Part shown: piece by piece, positions 13,837 to 25,500 of the stretch
How the letters are laid out: each line of letters begins with the position of its first letter
How positions within the stretch are numbered: position 1 is the stretch's first letter
Source: Phoronis australis
Taxonomy: Eukaryota > Animalia > Phoronida
DNA: 64,000 nucleotides
Assembly (NCBI GenBank): GCA_002633005.1
Contig: NMRA01000008.1
Location: 1,131,974-1,195,973, forward strand
Direction: 5' to 3'
Made by a program: the position numbers and the translations under genes
The notes under the pieces: generated by a model
Told to the model about the DNA's origin: nothing
Databases searched by the model: none
The model's input: only the letters and a program-made list of their open reading frames with translations

Positions 13837-13980
13837 TTCAGTAACGCTAGGACCTCGTTAAAAAGCAAGACTTCGCGATATTACGCGAGATATTTCCGTG
13901 TATTTTAAGTGAGAGCACGTGACTAAAACTAGATTTTAGCTAGGTCCTAGCGTAGGTCCTAGCGTTACTGAACGCACGCC
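13837..13980. mobile_element. MITE family B, copy 1
   Basis: Inverted repeats TTCAGTAACGCTAGGACCT (13837-13855) / AGGTCCTAGCGTTACTGAA (13954-13972); second copy at ~34958-35081. Confidence 0.8.
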
Positions 13981-15861
13981 AGGATTAATTTGTCTACTGC
14001 TAGGATATCAGCAAAATTACAAAATGATAGCACATACCAGGAACCATCACATAGCACACTTTCTTGTCTTTTTGAAAACTAGCGACTATTATTTAACCAA
14101 AATTATCACATTTCTTAATAAACAAACGCCTCTGTCAACTGAACCCACAGGAGCTGGTACGCTACCATACCCCAGTGGAGATTTTGGGGTAGCAAGCTGT
14201 TGATTCCAACATCAGCTGTTCTTAAATAAGTACTTGGTCAGAAGACTTAAAAGAAATCCAAGATGACAGAAGTGCAAATAAGCTGAATGAAGCAACAAGT
14301 AGAGAACAAATACTAACAAAACATACCAACAAACACCATCTTACCACAACAAACACCATATCACCACTTTGAAGAACAGGTGTTTTGGTTAAATTGAAAA
14401 CTTTCATTACAACAACAAAATCTTATACCAATTAAAATATTAATTAAATAAAAAATAAACGCCAATGAATATTAAACTTTAAAATCAGCTTTTTATAAAT
14501 AAAGATTATCACAGACAGTATGGTCACAAGGTATGGTCACAAGTAAATATCGGTACAGTGGATTAAATCTAAGTTAGGTAATATTTCTATTAGGACTTCA
14601 TACAATCAAGCAATTCAGACTCATTAACAAAGTTCTTACACCTTAATTAATATTCCAACAGTTTGTACATCTGAAAAATCTTCAAATACCTTTTACAGTG
14701 CATGTCCACTGAACAATAATATATAAAATTTATACAAAACAGAATAATTAAATTCCCATACTATCTGAAGTACAGTATAGTAGTAAACACAATGACTTAC
14801 CATCAAAGTTAAAGAGGAAAACCAAAGTTTTTTATGTTACCCTGAGTAAAATTGATGATCCCTAGACACCTTTTAAAGACATTTTCAGTTTAACTACTGC
14901 ACCCTTGATGAGTATGTGTACCAAATGATAGATGGAGGTGTAAGCGACCCAACAAAGGAACAGCATCTTGGTTCTTCATTCCCTTCCACCGAGAAAACAT
15001 GAATGACCTGTACAGACTGTTGAAAAGGGAGTAGGGCATTAGGTTTCTTTAATTTTAAGTAAATGCAGAACCAAGACGTGGGCCCTTTATTGGATCATTT
15101 ACGTCATTTTCTCTTATTTCATGGAAAGTAAATTAAATACACTCCAGTAGTGGAACACTGTATTTCCAAGATAGGCAGGAATTTGTATTTCCAATAAATG
15201 TAACATCAAAATCCAATTCTTTCCTTGTGAAGTATTAAGTCGAACACTGCTTAAAAACAACAGGAACAGCACCCTTTGCTGTATTTCACCACATGAAAAA
15301 CTGACAGAAATAGTGGCACAAAGGGCATTTCGAAATAAACTCTTCCAATTTGAGAGGCAAGACGACAAATGGCGCCTAGTGCCAACACCCCACAGATTTT
15401 ACCATGGGAGAGAAATGATAGAAAAGCTGTGAATTTATAATTGCATATTCACGCAACTCTCTTAAAATATCTTGATATACGCACTAGGAAATGGGCAAAA
15501 ACTGGCTCCTTTGTGTGGCTGGGACCAAAATCACCGAGAGCAGGCATGGCTGATGTATCTTTGACAAGTATTCACTTAGTCTAGCCAAAAATAATAAACC
15601 ACTTAACACGGAAGTGGGTCACCATCACCATCTTGTTGCATTACCTCGCATATGGAAAGCCATCAAATGTTTTCAGAGTCCAGATACGTTACAATACAGT
15701 GGGACAGACGAGGCTCTATTAAATCTTACATTTATAGGATAAGACATACACAAAACTAACCTTGGTTGTTATGTGGAGACAACAGGAATGATAATGGCCA
15801 TATTACATTTTTATCCCACAAATAATGCAACAACGAAACATCAATGAGTACATTTCAGACT

Positions 15862-16592
15862 CTATAGCCACCAGCAACCAAATATGCTGGGTTCACCTTT
15901 AATGTCCAGAAGAACTTCCTTGGGCAACATCTGCATGAAGGCTTTGGCTAGCTCGTCTGTTTTCATCCGCGTATAAACAATGGTCAAAATAAACTTGGGT
16001 GCGATGTGTTTCTCGCGACACATTTCAAGCATATTTGGCAGATGAGTTCTTATGACGGGAAATTGACGGAATTTTTCAATGAATTCAGGAAGGTTTGTCT
16101 TCCTCATGGCCGAGTAGCTGGCGTTGTCATCTTGTATACTAGAAAATCTGTAGTAGTGAGTGTGACTGCAGTAAAAATGTAACGGATTGTTCGACACATC
16201 ACTGTCGGCAGAACTCAGGCCCATCGGTGTAGACAGACGGTCGCTCGTCACATAAGAGGTGGCGCTTTTGTAGCCCGATGTTTCTGGCGTCTGAGACACA
16301 GATCGGTGAAAAAACTGTGGAGTCGACTTTCTGGAACCAGCAGCAGGCTCTGCATTTAGGACACCTTCCAAGCCAATTGGAACAGACGTACACCTGCGAC
16401 AGACCTCAGGCTCTGATTTATGACGCACCTTCAGCAGCTGACCTGTGTTCAACTCTGTCTGGTGGAAACTTGTGGCTGCACGAGGTCGTGACCTTACACT
16501 GCACGCCTGACAGGACTGTGGATTGTGATGCAACGCTTCTGCGTGTGCAATCAACGCTTGTTGATCACAGGAAGTGTGAGGCTCAGTTGGAG
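15862..16592 (-). CDS. MUN-protein gene terminal exon
   Basis: Acceptor ttgcAG, phase 1; ...HFYCSHTHYYRF...TRMKTDELAKAF...GCWWL-stop; AT-rich 3' UTR with a minus-strand AATAAA at 13745-13750. Confidence 0.85.
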
Positions 16593-19500
16593 CTGCAATT
16601 GACAAATGAATGTCCGTGAGTAAAAACTATCAACATTTGGACAATGGGAACTTCCTTATAGGTCGTCACACGAGAGAAGTCCTTACTCAGTTCACAACAA
16701 ATTTAACCCAACAGGCTAAAACTGTGTGGGGATCGAGTAAACGTTAGAGACATTTGGTTAGAATGAACACCATGGGCATTGTCGCATTCAGTGCGTTTTT
16801 GGCTGACGTCACCAAATTCCACCAGTCCACAGGTCATTTCACTGGATCGAATAAAGAGAATTACCTTGTTCTGTTCTTTGTAGTCGTCATGAAATCCAAA
16901 CTTAAGATTTGGAGTTCAAGCTCAAATTTATAGTCTTGACTTTCGGGATTATCAATTGCAAATCTGTATTTTGTTCCCACTTGTGTAAATAATAATGTTT
17001 AGTTGAAATATTGATTGATGATATTCTTTGCTTCAGACATGTGCATTGTAAATTTCAAAACATTTCTTTGCATTCAAAGTATAATGTATAATTAAATGTG
17101 AAAAAAACTCTCATGAAAATTTCACGTAATTAAACAACAGTCTAATATGTACTCGACATCAAAATCAAAGAATGAACTTATCTGAAGCCGATATTTACAA
17201 AACCAACTTGAGTTCGACTTGGAAACTGGCGCTCGAGCCCTCGTACACCACTTACACCATGCTTTTCGGGATCACACTTGTCAACAGATTTTAATGTTCA
17301 TGTTTAGTAAGTCATTGATTAATTCGTTCGGACTCTTTCCAAAACACTTTCCCATTTTCCACATATGGCTTCATACAAAACTTTTGGATCACTGTTGTCC
17401 CACCAACTGTCATGCGTGACTTCGTATAGTATGTCTTCGAAAAGTTGTGTAAGAACAGAAAATTTGTTTACTACACACTCAGATTAGTCATAAGCAAAAG
17501 TTGGACACTGTGTAGACAGATAGTTGGAAAACCATAACTATTGACAACGGGATGCGTTGAAATTCTGTATTGTGACTACACAAGACCTAAGAAATGAACT
17601 TATTAATAAGTGTCTACACCACACTTTAAAGGGACCAGCAAGCAAAATTATGTAACCAGTTTGATATATCTCTTGAAATCCAGGACAGAGGTTGGTGCAA
17701 ACAGACCTAATTCTAATTCACACCTCGTTCTTGCTGACTGCCTTTGACCATGCCCAACGTGTTCTCCAGAGACAAGGTTTGTATAGTGACCCCCCTACCT
17801 TCAGGTTCAGCACACACCATGAGATACAAACCTCCAACTTCAAGAGTATTGGCAACACCATGTGTTTTGTTGTTTGAGCAGTGAGTGGATGACAAGCCAG
17901 TGTCAGTGCTCAGTCGCTCAGGTAAGAAGGCCGAGTGAGGTCTAGCACACTCTGTCAAGTGAGGGTAAGAGAACTTCCTTTGATTACCTAGGAAACAAAA
18001 CAATTAGTCATATTCTAATAGGTCCAGTTCCCTTTCAATGATAATGGAAAGCACTACATACACCAGGTGGTACTACTGGCTATAATGTCCTAATGTGTGC
18101 ATATCCCAAAGCAGCCACGAAGCAATCTCAGAGACTTCAAATACTAGAACAAGAGTGCCACTATCATCAACTTGAATAAACTACTATCCAGTCATGCTAA
18201 GTGGGTAAAAATAAACACCATGACAGTTACAAATAAACGTATGTATGTTAGTCGAACTATACTTTTAGTGATTGGTGAAGATGTATTGATCGAAATGTTA
18301 ATGTGCTCAGGAATTCCAACCATCCCGGATAGTTGTCCTGGCAACTCGGGACGGTCTATCAAGATGAAATTGCACATTTGGGTACTCCCAAGAGACCCTT
18401 TCATATGAACACCCTTCCTATGAAAGGAATCACCTTTCTATTCTCAGTGGTGAGTTCAAAGAGGCACGATGAATGAATGCAAATTCCAGTGAACGCCACC
18501 TAGTGATTACTCTGGGAATTATGTGTGAAAAACAATAAAACGTACAAAAGAAATCATTTACACAAAAACTGCACTTTGCTTGAACATGACACAAACATTA
18601 CACACAAATTAGAGTTGAATGTTCGAAAAGATAATTCAGATGCCAAGCTGTCAATAAAAATGGGACCCAAAAAATTCAACACTCAAAATTTTGAAATTGT
18701 CTCAATCATGCTGCAAGGTTTCTCACCGGCACTTACATAATGCAAACACCTACTTTTACCGAGATCAGTGCCCTTTTGCATGAAACAGTCCAAAATAGGG
18801 ACTCTACTAAGTTCCCTAAATCTTGTGAAAACAGTGATCGCACTTTTTGATGCTGTTTTAGCTTCATTACTGAGTCAGTTTTTGGCTTTGATACAAATCG
18901 AGAGTGAACTCTACATTAAATTCTCAATATCAATGAAAATAAGAACTCAAGGTATCTTTTCCTGCAACACCCCCTAATTTAAGGACTAAGTCCCTAATTA
19001 TTATGACTGAATCAAGGGCTTGGTTTTTAGTTGACTTATTTGAAAATGTCTTAGTCAGAGAGGAACTCATAATAAAGATAAAATGATTTCAAAAATTTAC
19101 ATCTATGACTACAAAACGAAACACATACGCAACAGAATTAGTGAGCTTAGTCGAGTCCCTATTTGGGACTGTTTCATGCAACTAAACTCTAAAAGACCTG
19201 GAATTGTTTGCCATTAGGAAAGGTTAATTTACATATATAAACTTGTTTATGTTTAAATCTGTCATTTGCCACTGTATGTTGAAGGTAAGTTAGATGTTTA
19301 ATCACCTACCATCGTGACTATAGATGTCTTCATCAACTGACACCAGGAGGCCCTTGTCCAACATCGTCTGGGCTAGACCCTGAATGTAGTCTTTTGATTG
19401 GATGAAAGCAGGTGACATGTGACCTACAAAAAGAATACCAGATCCACCAGGGTGCGTCTAATTCGAGCTGAATGCAAACTCATCAAGCTGTGCTCATACA

Positions 19501-22500
19501 AGGCCAATGGGAACAAACTAGATAGTAGGGGAGATAATAATAAATACCTTTGTCTAGAAGAAAGTTGGACTAATTTCTTCATTTCATACATGACTCCCTC
19601 TGCCTGGGAATGAGTCACAACTCAGAAAACTAGCTTAAGGTTTACGTAGGACCTAAATGACTACTTAAACAACTATCTACAAGGAGGCTGCCCACACCAG
19701 ATGGTCCAATTTGAACAGGGACCGGGGGTTACAGCTCCCAGTAGTGTACGATCTGATTCTAGAACTAGGTCAACCAGACGCGGGAAATCCCGTCAGTGAA
19801 CAAGGCACTTAGAGAGATTGCAGAAACGTCCGACTCACCAGACTCTCATGATTTAGCCATTAAACAACTGTCTACAAATTCATAGATTTTAACTCAAAAA
19901 AGCAAATTTTCTAAAGCAGAAAGCCTCAAGAATTTGGTTTCTGGTTTTTTTATCAATAGAGAATTAATTTGAAAACGTGACCATGTATTATAGTAAATTT
20001 TGAAAAACAAATTCTTAGCAAAACAACGGTATCTATAACATGACCAAATTTTATTTGATATCAATGTTTAAGATAAAATCTCCAAAATGCTGTTATCATT
20101 TCCTTTCCTGTTATAGAACTTTTGATTTTTTCACGAAAATTATAAAACCCCCNGTTACCTAAGTAAAATTTCTGTTATTCGACTAAAATTTCTGTTACCT
20201 AAGTAAAATTTCTGTTATTCGACTAAAATTTCTGTTACCTAAGTAAAATTTCTGTTATTCGACTAAAATTTCTGTTACCTAAGTAAAATTTCTGTTATTC
20301 GACTAAAATTTCTGTTACCTAAGTAAAATTTCTGTTATTCGACTAAAATTTCTGTTACCTAAGTAAAATTTCTGTTATTCGACTAAAATTTCTGTTACCT
20401 AAGTAAAATTTCTGTTATTCGACTAAAATTTCTGTTACCTAAGTAAAATTTCTGTTATTCGACTAAAATTTCTGTTACCTAAGTAAAATTTCTGTTATTC
20501 GACTAAAATTTCTGTTACCTAAGTAAAATTTCTGTTATTCGACTAAAATTTCTGTTACCTAAGTAAAATTTCTGTTATTCGACTAAAATTTCTGTTACCT
20601 AAGTAAAATTTCTGTTATTCGACTAAAATTTCTGTTACCTAAGTAAAATTTCTGTTATTCGACTAAAATTTCTGTTACCTAAGTAAAATTTCTGTTATTC
20701 GACTAAAATTTCTGTTACCTAAGTAAAATTTCTGTTATTCGACTAAAATTTCTGTTACCTAAGTAAAATTTCTGTTATTCGACTAAAATTTCTGTTACCT
20801 AAGTAAAATTTCTGTTATTCGACTAAAATTTCTGTTACCTAAGTAAAATTTCTGTTATTCGACTAAAATTTCTGTTACCTAAGTAAAATTTCTGTTATTC
20901 GACTAAAATTTCTGTTACCTAAGTAAAATTTCTGTTATTCGACTAAAATTTCTGTTACCTAAGTAAAATTTCTGTTATTCGACTAAAATTTCTGTTACCT
21001 AAGTAAAATTTCTGTTATTCGACTAAAATTTCTGTTACCTAAGTAAAATTTCTGTTATTCGACTAAAATTTCTGTTACCTAAGTAAAATTTCTGTTATTC
21101 GACTAAAATTTCTGTTACCTAAGTAAAATTTCTGTTATTCGACTAAAATTTCTGTTACCTAAGTAAAATTTCTGTTATTCGACTAAAATTTCTGTTACCT
21201 AAGTAAAATTTCTGTTATTCGACTAAAATTTCTGTTACCTAAGTAAAATTTCTGTTATTCGACTAAAATTTCTGTTACCTAAGTAAAATTTCTGTTATTC
21301 GACTAAAATTTCTGTTACCTAAGTAAAATTTCTGTTATTCGACTAAAATTTCTGTTACCTAAGTAAAATTTCTGTTATTCGACTAAAATTTCTGTTACCT
21401 AAGTAAAATTTCTGTTATTCGACTAAAATTTCTGTTACCTAAGTAAAATTTCTGTTATTCGACTAAAATTTCTGTTACCTAAGTAAAATTTCTGTTATTC
21501 GACTAAAATTTCTGTTACCTAAGTAAAATTTCTGTTATTCGACTAAAATTTCTGTTACCTAAGTAAAATTTCTGTTATTCGACTAAAATTTCTGTTACCT
21601 AAGTAAAATTTCTGTTATTCGACTAAAATTTCTGTTACCTAAGTAAAATTTCTGTTATTCGACTAAAATTTCTGTTACCTAAGTAAAATTTCTGTTATTC
21701 GACTAAAATTTCTGTTACCTAAGTAAAATTTCTGTTATTCGACTAAAATTTCTGTTACCTAAGTAAAATTTCTGTTATTCGACTAAAATTTCTGTTACCT
21801 AAGTAAAATTTCTGTTATTCGACTAAAATTTCTGTTACCTAAGTAAAATTTCTGTTATTCGACTAAAATTTCTGTTACCTAAGTAAAATTTCTGTTATTC
21901 GACTAAAATTTCTGTTACCTAAGTAAAATTTCTGTTATTCGACTAAAATTTCTGTTACCTAAGTAAAATTTCTGTTATTCGACTAAAATTTCTGTTACCT
22001 AAGTAAAATTTCTGTTATTCGACTAAAATTTCTGTTACCTAAGTAAAATTTCTGTTATTCGACTAAAATTTCTGTTACCTAAGTAAAATTTCTGTTATTC
22101 GACTAAAATTTCTGTTACCTAAGTAAAATTTCTGTTATTCGACTAAAATTTCTGTTACCTAAGTAAAATTTCTGTTATTCGACTAAAATTTCTGTTACCT
22201 AAGTAAAATTTCTGTTATTCGACTAAAATTTCTGTTACCTAAGTAAAATTTCTGTTATTCGACTAAAATTTCTGTTACCTAAGTAAAATTTCTGTTATTC
22301 GACTAAAATTTCTGTTACCTAAGTAAAATTTCTGTTATTCGACTAAAATTTCTGTTACCTAAGTAAAATTTCTGTTGTTCGACTAAAATTTCTGTTACCT
22401 AAGTAAAATTTCTGTTGTTCGACTAAAATTTCTGTTACCTAAGTAAAATTTCTGTTGTTCGACTAAAATTTCTGTTACCTAAGTAAAATTTCTGTTATTC

Positions 22501-25500
22501 GACTAAAATTTCTGTAACCTTAGTAAAATTTCTGTTATTCGACTAAAATTTCTGTTACCTAAGTAAAATTTCTGTTGTTTGACTAAAATGAGTGTGGAAA
22601 GCTGTTCTCCAGCAAAATACTAAACAATTTACCGCAATGCAGTTGAGCATAATTTCAGCCTGAATTTCTGTATCTTTGCCACTTCTCTTGAGAAGGTCAA
22701 CTTCTTGCTCAAAGTTCTGTAACATAAGGCAATAAGACAATTTCAGCAAAATGTAACAGATATAATTTTGAAAGCAACTGATGCTTAACAGGACACAAAA
22801 GGATTATGTGACATTTCATTCAATGAAAAGAATCAAAGTTATAAAATCTAAAATAAGAAAGTTGGACATATTCAAAACATATACCCAGTAAACAGAAAAT
22901 TTTAAGTTTTCATTCGTAAGAAAACCACAAAGTCCAGTACAGTGACATCCAGGACTTTCTCGTGCAGGAAACGCTATCAAATTACACTCTCGTTGCCTGC
23001 TAGTAAACGGTAAACCAAGTAAATCATGCAGGTGATAAAATGGATTTAACTTATTGTAAATCTAAAGGATCAACGATCGTCAAAAGGACTAAAATTGACA
23101 GGCAAGTCTAATTCTATTTGACATTGTGGTTTTCAGGATATTTCCATTGACAAGCTTTCTCGGGCAACCAAAGATAATTTTTCAGTAAGCAAGTTACTGG
23201 GAAGGATTGCCAACCTATCGTTTGCGGCGTAAGTCAGTAGTGTCGATTGGTGGACCAACTAATGCAAATTAGAATTTCAAATTTATGCACTTCAGAAATG
23301 GAACAAATGTTAACTGTGAATGATTAGCAAAATAAAAGTAATTTGTTAAATTTTGTGCGAACAATCCCAGGAACCATATAGGAAATTACCCTTCAGTGGT
23401 CACCACTGTGCTATTCTGGTCCACTAGCATAGACTGCTCTTTTTGTGTGATGTTGAGTTACAGAACTTACTGGAAATCACACGCCCCAGATCAATTGCTA
23501 CATAAAAGTCAAACATAAAATTTACAAGATGTAACACCAGGCAATGGTTACCTCTATCATCAGGACCCAAAACTGTTCAAGGAAACATCTGAAGCTAGCT
23601 TGCGTCAGCCATTGTGAGGTGGCCCTCAAATGGCTGTTTAGGAAGTCAGTCAGTGGCTGAAGGCGCACTTCGATAGGAGTATTCCAGGGGATCTCCAAGT
23701 ACAACAACAAATTAAGGGCCTCACGTGCAAAGAGGTTCACCTGGGAAACAAAACATGCAAAAATTAAAGGTTACTTGAGACCCTAGAAAAAACATCCAAA
23801 TTTGGTTTACAATTTTCAACTGCATATTAACGAGAATTAAAATCAAAGACAAGTGGGTTTCACAGTTTTCCAAGGACACTTTCTGTCCGAATTTCTTCAC
23901 ATAATCAAACCAATTGCTTTCAACAAGAGAGAAAGACCATGTGACATGCATGAAGAAATAGGAATCTGAGATATTTGGGAGATTCTACATTGAAATTTCC
24001 AACAAAAGTCACCATCCACCCAGATACCAGTTTAACCTTAACATTATTGTAACCATAAATGATTCAACATGAAAGCTAAAAAATAAACCTCACTCAACAT
24101 TAAAAAGTTCATTCAAAACTTCTGTTACCTGGAATAATGATAGCTCACAAATAGTTCAAAAATAGTAATATGACAAATTTCCAATTCCTCATCATGACGT
24201 CTAATACTGTTAACAGCAAAAAATACTGGTAATAACTATTAGGGAGGCAAAGACTACACTGACGATGAATTCGGCTTCCGCTCAGCCATCATGACAGGGC
24301 ATTCTGGGTCATTTTGCAGGAATGCTTTTGTCTTTTACTGTAGGTGCAAATGTTTCACTCATGCCAGAACTCATTTTAGGCTTTGTCATCTCATGAAATG
24401 TTGCCCTTATGGTCATGATTCCCGTGGTAAATATCCGTCTCTCTGTTCTCACTTTGTCCTTGTTTGTGTTCACGCATCATAATTTTATGGCAGTGCTTCA
24501 CTTACTTAGCATACAATATGGCTAACAAGCTAAATTCCACTTTATCAATATTTCTCCCCAAAAATAAAGATGAAGAAATTTTTAGTCTATTACTATCATG
24601 GTTAACACTGCGCAGAAGTCATCAAACGTTTGGCAAATTTTCCATTATCTGTAGTAATGTAATCAGTTTTAATTTCAGAAATAAATCTGGTGGAAAATAA
24701 GTGGAAAATTACTCTAAGTGAAAAATACTTCATTCTGAGTACTAAGTAAATCAAATGAATGAATTCAGCTCTGGAGTCTTATACATAGCAGACGTCTTAC
24801 TTTGTACGCCAGTACTTTGAGTAATGACGTGACAGCCTGCCGTAGATGCTTCACACACCCTGCCAAGCCACCCAGTGCTTGTTGACCTACAGACATCTGG
24901 TGACCCTCAGACACAGGTGTGTTAATCCCTGCAAGATATGACCATAGAACCAAATGACACAGCATTGCAACCTGTCAAAGAATATGCCAATCCTTCAAGG
25001 TACCATTAAAAACCAAAACCAAAAGCAAATATTACTAACATCTAATCATGAACAGTATGGACTCATTTCACCTAAGAGGAAATAACTTATCATGACGAAA
25101 TGTAAACATCCTCAATATTTCTATACTTAAAACAAATAAAACAACCAAGTCAAACTCACAAAAGAGATTGTAAATCATACAGTAAAAATTCTCCATTTTC
25201 GACAGTAAAAATTCTCCAGTTTCGAACAGTGAAAAATCAATTGGTATTTAGTTCAAGATTAGAGCTTGTACCAAATTTTGAAAATAGGCTATATTAACCA
25301 TCCCCGAATTCAAGAATTACGATAAACATAAACGATCTTTCAATTCAATGTTACCCACTATGAGAACGCAGCATGAAAACGGGTCACCGAAAAGCATTAT
25401 TTGATGACTTTATGAAGTGCCAAAAGACTACTTTCAGACTCTGTTTATACAAAATAATAATATTCAACATTCGAGACATAAGGAATGTCAAAACTGCTGT

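Noticed and set aside
20154-22589. Regular short repeats as a CRISPR array
   Set aside because: No unique spacers, a pure tandem repeat, eukaryotic context and no cas genes.
24929-24971. Upstream acceptor extending exon 24801-24928
   Set aside because: In the required phase it leads to an in-frame TAA.
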